Shown: positions 38,175 to 46,186 of the stretch, piece by piece | Numbering within the stretch: position 1 is the stretch's first letter | Layout of the letters: every line of letters starts with the position of its first letter | NCBI GenBank assembly: GCA_964635055.1 | Contig: CAZWMT010000001.1 | Location: 211,234 to 275,233, forward strand | Source: an uncultured Microthrixaceae bacterium | GTDB taxonomy: Bacteria > Actinomycetota > Acidimicrobiia > Acidimicrobiales > DATDAH01 | Direction: 5' to 3' | DNA length: 64,000 nucleotides | Notes under the pieces: model-generated | The model's input: the letters and a program-made list of their open reading frames with translations, nothing else | What the model was told of the DNA's origin: nothing | Databases searched by the model: none | Position numbers and translations under genes: made by a program

Positions 38175-38270
38175 CCTGTCGTTGGTGGGGCCGCCGGCAG
38201 AGCCGGCTGACCCCGGGTCGGGAGCGACCGGCCGTGGGGGGAACGGCGGTCTAGCTCCCGAGGGCTCGGG

Positions 38271-38606
38271 TCAGGCGGCCTTCTTGGCGGAGGCGGGCGC
38301 GACCGGCTTCACGGGCTTGGCGTCGGCGTCGACGAACTTGGCCCGCACCGGGGCGGTGGCGCCGAGCAGGTCGCCCACGAACGCCTTCTGGTTCTTGACG
38401 ACCGCGTCGACGACGCCGAAGCCGAACGCGACGTACTCGTCGGCGGTGCCCACGGTGTCGAGCTTGGGCACCTTCACCTCGGGCAGGACCGACTCGGCCC
38501 ACTCGGCGGCGCTGCGCACGCCCGACACGACGGGCTCCTGGATCTGCACGAGCACGTCGAGCACCTTGGCTTCGATCTCGTTCAGCTGGTCGATGGCTGC
38601 AGACAT
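38271..38606 (-). CDS. hypothetical protein with Lys/Ala-rich tail (phasin/HbhA-like composition)
   Basis: 111 aa from MSAAIDQLNEIEAKVLD, ending KPVKPVAPASAKKAA. A promoter-like motif lies upstream. Confidence 0.55.
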   Translation of the reverse strand: MSAAIDQLNEIEAKVLDVLVQIQEPVVSGVRSAAEWAESVLPEVKVPKLDTVGTADEYVAFGFGVVDAVVKNQKAFVGDLLGATAPVRAKFVDADAKPVKPVAPASAKKAA

Positions 38607-38688
38607 GGTCTGGTTCCTTTGGTCCGGGTGGCGGGTTTTCGGATCTTCGTCGCTCCCCGGAGTGCTAGCTCCGGTGGCGGCTGTGCTC

Positions 38689-38717
38689 ACTATCGCAAGC
38701 GATGCTTGCTCCGTCAA
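38689..38717 (-). promoter_or_regulatory. sigma-70-like promoter candidate with embedded palindrome
   Basis: The minus strand reads TTGACG-17 nt-GATAGT. The spacer contains GCAAGCgatGCTTGC. It lies about 80 nt upstream of ATG 38606 in a locally AT-richer stretch. Confidence 0.35.
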
Positions 38718-38984
38718 CCCTTCTGCTAGAGAAATCAAGCAAATGTGACCGATGTCTCGCCCGGGGCCGGCTGGTCCGGCTCGCTGACGCCCGGTCGAGG
38801 CCGGTGCGAGAGGCCGCGCCCACTCGCAGTGTGCGGCGGGACCGCGCTCGGGCGCGGCGCGCGGACCCGACGGAACCGCCGGAACCGCCGGCGACGACGT
38901 CCACGTGCAGCCCCACCGCTCGGCGGGGCGGCCGCCGGCACCGGCTGGGTCGGTGGAGCGAACCTGGCGGCAGGGCCGCACGGA

Positions 38985-39014
38985 CCGCGATCCCTTCGGA
39001 CGCGGGATCGGCGG
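38985..39014 (-). terminator. stem-loop downstream of the jet operon
   Basis: CCGCGATCCC-ttcggacgc-GGGATCGGCGG is a 10-bp stem with one bulge, located 35 nt past the jetD stop. No U tract. Confidence 0.3.
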
Positions 39015-39047
39015 AACGCCGAACCGTGTCCCGGCCGTCGGCGGGCG

Positions 39048-40334
39048 CTACCGATCCCCGATCGCCTCGAGCAGTTCCTCGCGCAGCACCTCCTCGTGCA
39101 CGGCCCGCCCGGCCACCCGCATGGCCGTGGCCAACTCGGTGTCCCAGGGCGTGTCGCCCACGACGCCGACGAGGTCGGTGGTGGGCCGGCCGGCGGCGAT
39201 CGCCTGCCGGTAGTCGGCCGCACCCATGCGCCACGACACGGCTCCTGCCCGGGCGGCGAGCCACCGGGTGATCTCGAGCCCGGCGGGGTCGAAGTCGGCG
39301 TGCTGGCGGACGATCGCGCCTTCGCCGACGAGGCGGCGCACGAGGCTCACCACCGCCAAGGAGGGCCGGCCCGAGCTGCAGAGCAAAGGTGCTCCGATCC
39401 GATGGACGGCAGCGTCGGCCACCAGTGAGGGATTCTCGACCAGGTAGGCGCCGCCCACGTCGAAGCGGGCCGACGCGGGCCAGTGCTGGAGCTGACGCAG
39501 GGTGAGCACCACCGGCTCACTCGCGTCAGCGGCGGCGCGGAGGAACGCCGCAACGGGGTGATCGCCGCTCGGTCGGAGCCCGAGGCTGAGCACGGTGGAC
39601 GACAGCGGGTCGGGCACCACGCCGGCCCGCTCCCACACCGCTCGGGCGCCTTCGGCGTCAGTCGGCGCGGGGAGCCCGAACGCGATGGACAGCCCGTCGA
39701 GCACGGCCCGCGTGAGCCGCCGCCCAGGGTCGAGACTGTGGGCCGAGCCGGTGATGTCGGCGGCGAGCCCGGCGAGACTGACGGGCTCCTGGGCCGGGAG
39801 TCGACTCAGGCACCGGACCGCCCGGTCCAGCAGGGCACGGTGGGCCTCGACATCGCCCCGGGGAACACCCGCAGCGCCCAGCCGCGCTGTCCACCTCGAC
39901 GCCGCCTCCGCGTTCGGGAAGACCGCGAGGCGCCGAGCCGACGACTCGAGGTGGTCCCACAACGCTGCCCGAGCGTCAGCGCTCGCGTCCCGGTCGGCGC
40001 GACGGTCGCCCAGCGGGCCCCGCAGGCCCACCAGCAGCGTCCGGACACCAGCGGCACCGTCGACACCGAGCGCGGCCGCCAGCCGTGCGATCGACAGCAT
40101 CGACCCGGCGGGCAGGAGGCGGTCGGAACCGAGCAGGTCGGCCAACCGGGCTCCGCCGCGGTCGCCCAGGTCGGGCACGGTGACCCGGACGGGCGCTCGT
40201 CCGGACGAGTAGCGGCGAACGAGCTCGTCGACCAGCGGCATGAGATCCGGATGGCCCAGTCGGGTGGCCGGGTCCCGGGCGCCCTGCGGTTCGACCTGGG
40301 GCGCCGCGCAGAGCTGCGTCTGCGGATCCTCCAC
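39048..40334 (-). CDS. jetD: Wadjet JetD-like protein (Toprim-like C-terminus, DUF2399/TIGR02679-type)
   Basis: C-terminal YLVENPSLV...VRQHADFDPAGLEI (Toprim E...DxD). The start is uncertain: candidates are ATG 40598 (80-nt overlap with jetC), GTG 40334 and ATG 40241. Confidence 0.75.
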   Translation of the reverse strand: MEDPQTQLCAAPQVEPQGARDPATRLGHPDLMPLVDELVRRYSSGRAPVRVTVPDLGDRGGARLADLLGSDRLLPAGSMLSIARLAAALGVDGAAGVRTLLVGLRGPLGDRRADRDASADARAALWDHLESSARRLAVFPNAEAASRWTARLGAAGVPRGDVEAHRALLDRAVRCLSRLPAQEPVSLAGLAADITGSAHSLDPGRRLTRAVLDGLSIAFGLPAPTDAEGARAVWERAGVVPDPLSSTVLSLGLRPSGDHPVAAFLRAAADASEPVVLTLRQLQHWPASARFDVGGAYLVENPSLVADAAVHRIGAPLLCSSGRPSLAVVSLVRRLVGEGAIVRQHADFDPAGLEITRWLAARAGAVSWRMGAADYRQAIAAGRPTTDLVGVVGDTPWDTELATAMRVAGRAVHEEVLREELLEAIGDR

Positions 40335-40460
40335 CGTGGGGGGAAGCCCCTGGACCGCACCGGTGGCAGGCGCGACCTCGGCCGGTGTGGTCACCAGCCC
40401 GTGGCCTTCCGCCACCGGGGCCCGCCACGACCGGGCCGTCGGCGAGGTCGATCCGCGCCC

Positions 40461-40515
40461 GAGCGGGCCAGGACCGAGCGGGCCAGGACCGACCGGGCCA
40501 GGACCGACCGGGCCA
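40461..40515. repeat. 15-nt tandem repeat (3.7 units) at the jetC/jetD junction
   Basis: GAGCGGGCCAGGACC twice, GACCGGGCCAGGACC once, then a partial unit. Confidence 0.85.
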
Positions 40516-40518
40516 TGA

Positions 40519-43500
40519 TCAGGCGGCGTCCGCGCCGTCGTCGAGGCGGCGCTGTGCGCCGTCCCAGGTGAAGCGGGTGGAGGTGACGGGCTCGTCATCC
40601 TGGCCGCCCTGGAGGTGGTGGATGGCGATGCCGTTCAGGCTGGCGTACTGGCACCACTCGTGGTCCGAGGTGAACACCGCGTCGAGGTCCCAGGTGGTGA
40701 AGGTGCCGAACAGCTGGGCCCGGTTGTTGGTGTCGACGCCGGCGAAGAGCTCGTCGAGCAGGATCAGACGCGGCCCCTCGCCCGGCGTGCCGTCGGAGCC
40801 GGTGTAGTGGGCGGCCAGCGAGGCGATCATCGGCAGGTGCAGGGCCACCGAGCGCTCGCCGGTGGAGAGGCGCTGCAGCAGCTTCGGGGTTGCCGGTTTG
40901 AAGCCCTCCCAGTCGCGATGGGCGACCTGCAACGAGAACCGGTGCCAGGCCCGGTAGTCGAGGCTCTCGCGCAGCCGGGCTTCCCAGGGAGCATGCGCTT
41001 CGAGCTCGGCGCGGGCCTGGTCGACCCGGGCCCGCACGAAGTCGGTCAGGGCGGCCCGCTCGTCGTCGCTCAGGTCGGCGGGGTCGCGCAACAGCAGCGA
41101 GCGCGCCGCTCGCACCGCGTCGGGTTGGTCGTCGTCCACCGCCCAGCGGAGCCTCACCGCCACCCCGGCGGCGGCGGTCTGGACCTCGGCGAGTTGGCGG
41201 TTGATGGCGGTCACCAGCTCGTTGGCGCCCCGGATGCGGTTGGCCAGGGCCTGGCGGATCGAGCCCGACAACGTCCGCTCGAACAGCTCGGCCTCCTCGG
41301 CCTGCAGCTCGGCATGGGCGTCGGCCAGCTGACGACTCAGATGGCCGCGCAACTCGACCAGGACCTGGCGAACGCCACCGGTCGATCCCCGCACCTCGTG
41401 CCAGCCGTTGGGGGTGCGGACCCGGTCGAGGTCGACCCGGACACCCAGCACCGCGCGGGCATCGTGCAACCGCCCCTCCACCCGGTGCGAGAGGCGGTCG
41501 ACATCGTCGACACCGGCGGCGACGCCGTCGAGCTCGGCGGCCACGACCCGGGCTCGGGTGAGGACCGCGGTGACCCCGTCGAGCGGTTCGGCCGGCGGGG
41601 TCACCGACGCATCGGCCGGGAGGGGGCCGGCGTGGAGGTCGACGAAGCGGGCATGGACGTCGGCGCGCGCCGCCTCGGCCTGCTCGAGCGCGGCAGTGGC
41701 GGTCTTCAACGCCTCCTCCACGGTGCCCTTCCTGGTGGCCAGGTCGATCTGGCGGCGCTGCACGGCATCGCGCTCGTCGCCGAGCTCGCGCTGCTCGCCC
41801 TCGAGGCCGGCGACCCTCGCCAGCATCTCGTCGTAGCCGGAGCCGAGCGTGGCCCGGATGGCCTCGATCCGGGCGTCGAGCACGGCCACCGCGTCGGCGG
41901 CCGTGCGCCACCGGTCTCGGGCCGCAGTCGCGGCCCGCTCGGCCCGCTCGTGGCTGTCGCGGAGCTGGGCCAGCTGTCGGCCACGGGTGGCGTGGTCGTC
42001 GGCACGGCGCCGCCAGACGCCGGCGGCGTCTCGGACCGCGATCACCGCGTGGGCGAGCCGGTCGAGGCCGGCAGGGTCGGTCGGCGCGCCTACGGCCATG
42101 GCCCGGGTGGCGAGTTGGCGTTGAGCGCCGCGAACCCGTTCCTCGGCCTGGTGCACCGCGGCCTCGGCGGCCACGCGGGCGCTGTCGGCCTCACCCAGGC
42201 GGACTTCGGCATCGCCGAGCCGGGCCGCGGCCTCGTCATGGCGGCGCCGGGACGGCCTGGCATCGAGGTCGGCGACCACCGCGGCGGCCGAGGTCTCGAG
42301 CTGTGCCACGTCGGCGTCGAGCAGCCGGCGGCGATGCCCGCACTCGCCGATGAGGTCGCGCACCCGGTCGATCTCCACCAGGCGGTGTCGTTCGCGGGCG
42401 GCGGCGCCCAACAGTCGGGCCGGCGTCGCCGGCCCGCGGCCGGCCGCTGAGCCCGACCGGAACGTGCCGTCGATGCCGATCACCAGCTTGCGGTTGGCGC
42501 TGCCGGTCGGTGCGGTGGGCGCGGTGGCCACCGAGCGCAGCACCCCGTCGACGACGTCGGGCGACACCCCGAACCCGGCCGCCGTGGCCGCCGGGCAGAG
42601 GTGGTCGGCCAGGCTCGCCGCCGGTCGGCGATCGACGTCGAGCACGGTGAGCACCACATCGGCCTCGGCGGGCATCTCGACCTGCCCCAGGGGCGACACC
42701 CAGGCGTCGGCCAGGCCCGCCGCGACCAGGGCCGCCTCGAGGCCGTCGACGACGTCGTCCGGCGTCCCGTCGGTGACATCGACCAGCCGCCACAACGGCG
42801 CCCCCGTCCTGGCCTCGGGGCGGGGTGACCGCCACGACGGCGCCGGCACCTCGGGCCACCCGCCCGCGACCAGTGGAGCCAGCTCGCGCTCGAGGCCCGC
42901 CTGCTCCTCGTCGAGCGCGGCTCGGCGATGCCGCAGGTCGGCGCGGGCACGGGCCGTGGCGGCGACGTGCTCGGCCCGGAGGTGGGCGACCGTGGCGTCG
43001 ACCGCATCCACGACCTCGGCCCTGCCGGCAGCCGCGTCCTCGCCCACGCCGTCGTCGGCGCCGGTGTCGGTGTCGTCGACGTGGGCTGCGGGCCCTTGAT
43101 CGGGCCCACCAGGCACGAGGTTGCCGCCGGCGCCCTCGGGCCCGGGACCGCCACCGTCGGACGTGCTGCGATCGCCCTCGTGCACGGCGACATCTCCGGA
43201 GGCCCGCCCGAGCGTGCCGGCACCTGGGTATCCCGCCCCGGAGTGCCCTTCGCCGTCCGTTGCGTCGGCCGGCTCGCGTTCGGGTGGCAGGCCGCGGAGG
43301 GCCCGGCGGACCGCGGCACGCCAACGATCGGTGAACGATGCGCTGGTGTCGCTCCACGCCGAGACGGCCTCGGCGAAGGCGGCCCGCTCGTCCTCGACCG
43401 TGGCCAGAGCCGAGCGTCGTGCCGCGGTGAGCTCGTCCACGCGCGCGCGTTGCGCCTCGAGGTGGAACTCGGCGTCAGCCCGCCGATCGACGGCCCGGCC

Positions 43501-44883
43501 GTGCTCGGTCAGCAACGCCCGGATCTCGGCGATGGCCTCCTGCCGCTCACCGACCCAGGCGCTCATCAGCGCCGCCGCGTGGTCGTGATCGTCGGCCGCG
43601 AGGGCCTCGTCCAGGGTGGCGCCGGCGCCGGCTTCCTCGGCCAGGCTCCGCAGCTCGCGCTCGGCGCCACCGAGGTTCGCTGCCGCGGTGGCCTGTTCCG
43701 CCTCGCCGTCGTTCACCGACCGCTGGGCGTCGTCGACGTCGCGCTGCCGCTCGGCACGGTCGTGGTCGAGCCGGTCGCGTTCGGCGGTGCGCTCACCGAG
43801 GTCGTGCTGGAGCTGGGCCAGCTGCGCGCCGTCGCGGTACAGGTCGCTCGTGCGGATGCCCTCGAGCTCACCGCCCACGTCACGCAGCCGGTCGCGCACT
43901 CGGGCCTCGTCCTCGGCGAGGGCGGCGAGCGCGGCAGACACCTCGGCCTGCTCGTCCGCGGCGAGGCGCTGACGGCGCACGACACCGTCCCGGGAGGACT
44001 CGGCCCCGCGCACCTCGTCGGCCAGGGCCGCGATGACCGCCCGGGCGTACGCCCGCTGGCGCCGGCCCAGCTCCTCCAGCTCGGCGACGTCTCCCTCCAG
44101 CTCGGCGATCCGTTCGCGCCGGCGGTCGAGGCGCTCGAAGCCCTCGGCCACCGTGGCCAGCTCGTGCTCGTCGATGGTCGGCAGGGCCTCCGACATCACC
44201 TCGCTGAACTTGTCGAGGTCGAGGTGCTGGCTGAGCTTCTCCTTGCGCAGGGCGAGCAGGGCGCCGATCAACGCCTCGTAGCGATCGGCGCCGAACCCCG
44301 GGAAGAGGGTCGCCCGCACCGCGTCACGGTGCTCGGGGGCCGAGTCGGTCACCCGCCCGTGCTCGCCGATGGCCTCGACGAGGGCGCTACGGGAGATGGG
44401 GACACGTGAGCTGTCCAGGAGATGCAGGTCGCGGCCCACAGCCTGGCTGGTGGTGAACAGGGTGCGTGTCACGGTCTTGGTGGACGCCGAGGCCCGCAGA
44501 CGCACGCCGGCGGTGAAGGTGCGGTCGCCCCTGCGGAGCTCGACCCAGGCGAAGCCGGCCCGGGCGGTGTCGGTGGTGCCGGTCATGACCCGCTCGTACA
44601 GACCGCCACGCGACTTGGCCGCGGACGTGAGCTTGCCGGGGCTGGCGTCCCCGTCGAGCAGGAACGGCAGGAGCAGTTCGAGGGCCATGGACTTGCCCGA
44701 GCCGTTGGGTCCCCGCAGCAGCAGGCGCCCTGCGTGGAACGTGAACACCTCGTCCCAGTAGCGCCACACGTTGACCAGGCCGGCACGGGTGGGGCGCCAC
44801 CGGTCGTCGGGTGCCGGCGGGCGGGGCCGCAGCTCGACAGCCTCGACAGGTAGGCCGACCGTCTCGTCGATGAGCAGGCTCAT
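40519..44883 (-). CDS. jetC: Wadjet JetC-like SMC/ABC ATPase (TIGR02680-type)
   Basis: 1454 aa. N-terminal LLRGPNGSGKS, C-terminal LSTGERS signature plus LILLDELFAGVD Walker B, with long Ala/Arg/Glu coiled coils between them. Confidence 0.9.
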   Translation of the reverse strand: MSLLIDETVGLPVEAVELRPRPPAPDDRWRPTRAGLVNVWRYWDEVFTFHAGRLLLRGPNGSGKSMALELLLPFLLDGDASPGKLTSAAKSRGGLYERVMTGTTDTARAGFAWVELRRGDRTFTAGVRLRASASTKTVTRTLFTTSQAVGRDLHLLDSSRVPISRSALVEAIGEHGRVTDSAPEHRDAVRATLFPGFGADRYEALIGALLALRKEKLSQHLDLDKFSEVMSEALPTIDEHELATVAEGFERLDRRRERIAELEGDVAELEELGRRQRAYARAVIAALADEVRGAESSRDGVVRRQRLAADEQAEVSAALAALAEDEARVRDRLRDVGGELEGIRTSDLYRDGAQLAQLQHDLGERTAERDRLDHDRAERQRDVDDAQRSVNDGEAEQATAAANLGGAERELRSLAEEAGAGATLDEALAADDHDHAAALMSAWVGERQEAIAEIRALLTEHGRAVDRRADAEFHLEAQRARVDELTAARRSALATVEDERAAFAEAVSAWSDTSASFTDRWRAAVRRALRGLPPEREPADATDGEGHSGAGYPGAGTLGRASGDVAVHEGDRSTSDGGGPGPEGAGGNLVPGGPDQGPAAHVDDTDTGADDGVGEDAAAGRAEVVDAVDATVAHLRAEHVAATARARADLRHRRAALDEEQAGLERELAPLVAGGWPEVPAPSWRSPRPEARTGAPLWRLVDVTDGTPDDVVDGLEAALVAAGLADAWVSPLGQVEMPAEADVVLTVLDVDRRPAASLADHLCPAATAAGFGVSPDVVDGVLRSVATAPTAPTGSANRKLVIGIDGTFRSGSAAGRGPATPARLLGAAARERHRLVEIDRVRDLIGECGHRRRLLDADVAQLETSAAAVVADLDARPSRRRHDEAAARLGDAEVRLGEADSARVAAEAAVHQAEERVRGAQRQLATRAMAVGAPTDPAGLDRLAHAVIAVRDAAGVWRRRADDHATRGRQLAQLRDSHERAERAATAARDRWRTAADAVAVLDARIEAIRATLGSGYDEMLARVAGLEGEQRELGDERDAVQRRQIDLATRKGTVEEALKTATAALEQAEAARADVHARFVDLHAGPLPADASVTPPAEPLDGVTAVLTRARVVAAELDGVAAGVDDVDRLSHRVEGRLHDARAVLGVRVDLDRVRTPNGWHEVRGSTGGVRQVLVELRGHLSRQLADAHAELQAEEAELFERTLSGSIRQALANRIRGANELVTAINRQLAEVQTAAAGVAVRLRWAVDDDQPDAVRAARSLLLRDPADLSDDERAALTDFVRARVDQARAELEAHAPWEARLRESLDYRAWHRFSLQVAHRDWEGFKPATPKLLQRLSTGERSVALHLPMIASLAAHYTGSDGTPGEGPRLILLDELFAGVDTNNRAQLFGTFTTWDLDAVFTSDHEWCQYASLNGIAIHHLQGGQDDEPVTSTRFTWDGAQRRLDDGADAA

Positions 44884-44887
44884 GAGA

Positions 44888-46186
44888 TCACGTCTCCTCG
44901 AACAGGGTCGGCTTCTCGAACAGGGCCGGTGCCGGATCGGGGCGCCGCCCAGCCGATCCGGCGGTCGAGCGATCACCGTCGTCGCCGACGGGGAGCGGTC
45001 GGTAGCGACACAGCGCCGGCCGGGCCTCGACCACGGCGCCGTCGGGCGACGGGTGCACCAGACCGAAGGCGGCCAGCAGGGCGACGGCCTCGGCGGCCAG
45101 GCGCTCGGCGCCACCCGGCTCCTGGTAGGCCTTGGCCCAGGTGCGGCGGGCGGCGAGGTGGCCGTCCACCGCGGCGACCAGTTCCGTGCGGGTACGGGTG
45201 CGGGGCCGCCGCTCGGCGGGGGTGCCCTCATCGGAGGGGACCTCGGCCACCAGGTGGTCGACCAGCAGCAGCGCCATCTGGTGGACCGTGCCGTTGGGTG
45301 CCGGGAAGGTGTCGTCGGTGGTGCGCCCGGCCTCGTCCACCACTGCCAGCCCCTCGGCCCGCTCCTCGAGGATGAGGCCGGCCTCGGCCACCCGCGCCCG
45401 CAGCCAGGTGCGGCCGGCGCCGCTGGCCAGGTAGTCACGCTGGTCGTCCGTGCAGTCGGCGAGGTGCAGGACGGGGTCGTCGAGCAGGCGCCGGGCCAGG
45501 AGGTGGCGGGTGGCCCGGTGGGGGTCGGCGGTGTCGAGGTGGGTGCCGTCGTAGCGGGGCTCGCGCAACAGCGCGTCGACCGCTCCGGCGAACTCGCTCC
45601 CCGGGTCGACCCGGCTGGGCGCGGTGGCCGGGACGAGCAGCCGGTGCAGGCGGGAGAGATCAGCGGTGAGCAGGGCGTTGGCCTTCTCGTTGCCGACGTA
45701 GTCCTCGACGTCGCCACTCGTCACCTCGACCGCACGCCACGCCCGCAGGACCAGCAGGGCGTCGACGAACGCCACCCGGTCGCCGTGACGTTCGGCCTCG
45801 AACCCGCCCGAGGAGCCCACCGCCCGGGCCAGCAGGCCGACAGTGGTGACCGGGTGGCTGACCAGCTCGGCGGCCACGAGGCAGAGCAACTGGTAGCGCC
45901 GGCGGTCGAACGGCGCACCGCTCCCCCGCAGCCGCCGCAGCGGCCGGGTGGGGTCGGGGTCGGCGTGGCGCTTGGCCAGGCGGGCGAACCCGGCGGCCGG
46001 GTCGACGTGGAGGGTCCAGCCGCAGGTGGCATCGAACCAGTCGGCCAGCCAGGGGGCGTGGCGGGCGACCAGGGTGTACGCATCGTGGTGGGCGCCGACG
46101 TCGAGCAGCGGCCGGCGCAGCAGGTGCTGGATGGCCTCGGCCCGCTCGGCATCGAGCTGGGTGGCCAGCTCGGGGGTGGCGCTCAC
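44888..46186 (-). CDS. jetB: Wadjet JetB-like protein (DUF2398/TIGR02678-type)
   Basis: 432 aa. Its GTG overlaps the jetA stop (GTGA), and its stop is 4 nt before the jetC ATG. Confidence 0.75.
   Translation of the reverse strand: MSATPELATQLDAERAEAIQHLLRRPLLDVGAHHDAYTLVARHAPWLADWFDATCGWTLHVDPAAGFARLAKRHADPDPTRPLRRLRGSGAPFDRRRYQLLCLVAAELVSHPVTTVGLLARAVGSSGGFEAERHGDRVAFVDALLVLRAWRAVEVTSGDVEDYVGNEKANALLTADLSRLHRLLVPATAPSRVDPGSEFAGAVDALLREPRYDGTHLDTADPHRATRHLLARRLLDDPVLHLADCTDDQRDYLASGAGRTWLRARVAEAGLILEERAEGLAVVDEAGRTTDDTFPAPNGTVHQMALLLVDHLVAEVPSDEGTPAERRPRTRTRTELVAAVDGHLAARRTWAKAYQEPGGAERLAAEAVALLAAFGLVHPSPDGAVVEARPALCRYRPLPVGDDGDRSTAGSAGRRPDPAPALFEKPTLFEET

Noticed and set aside
39048-40598. 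Longest version of the jetD ORF starting at ATG 40598.
   Set aside because: It would overlap jetC by 80 nt and translate the 15-nt microsatellite. The conserved-looking part begins near LGHPDLMPLVDEL. It is kept as an alternative start, not excluded.
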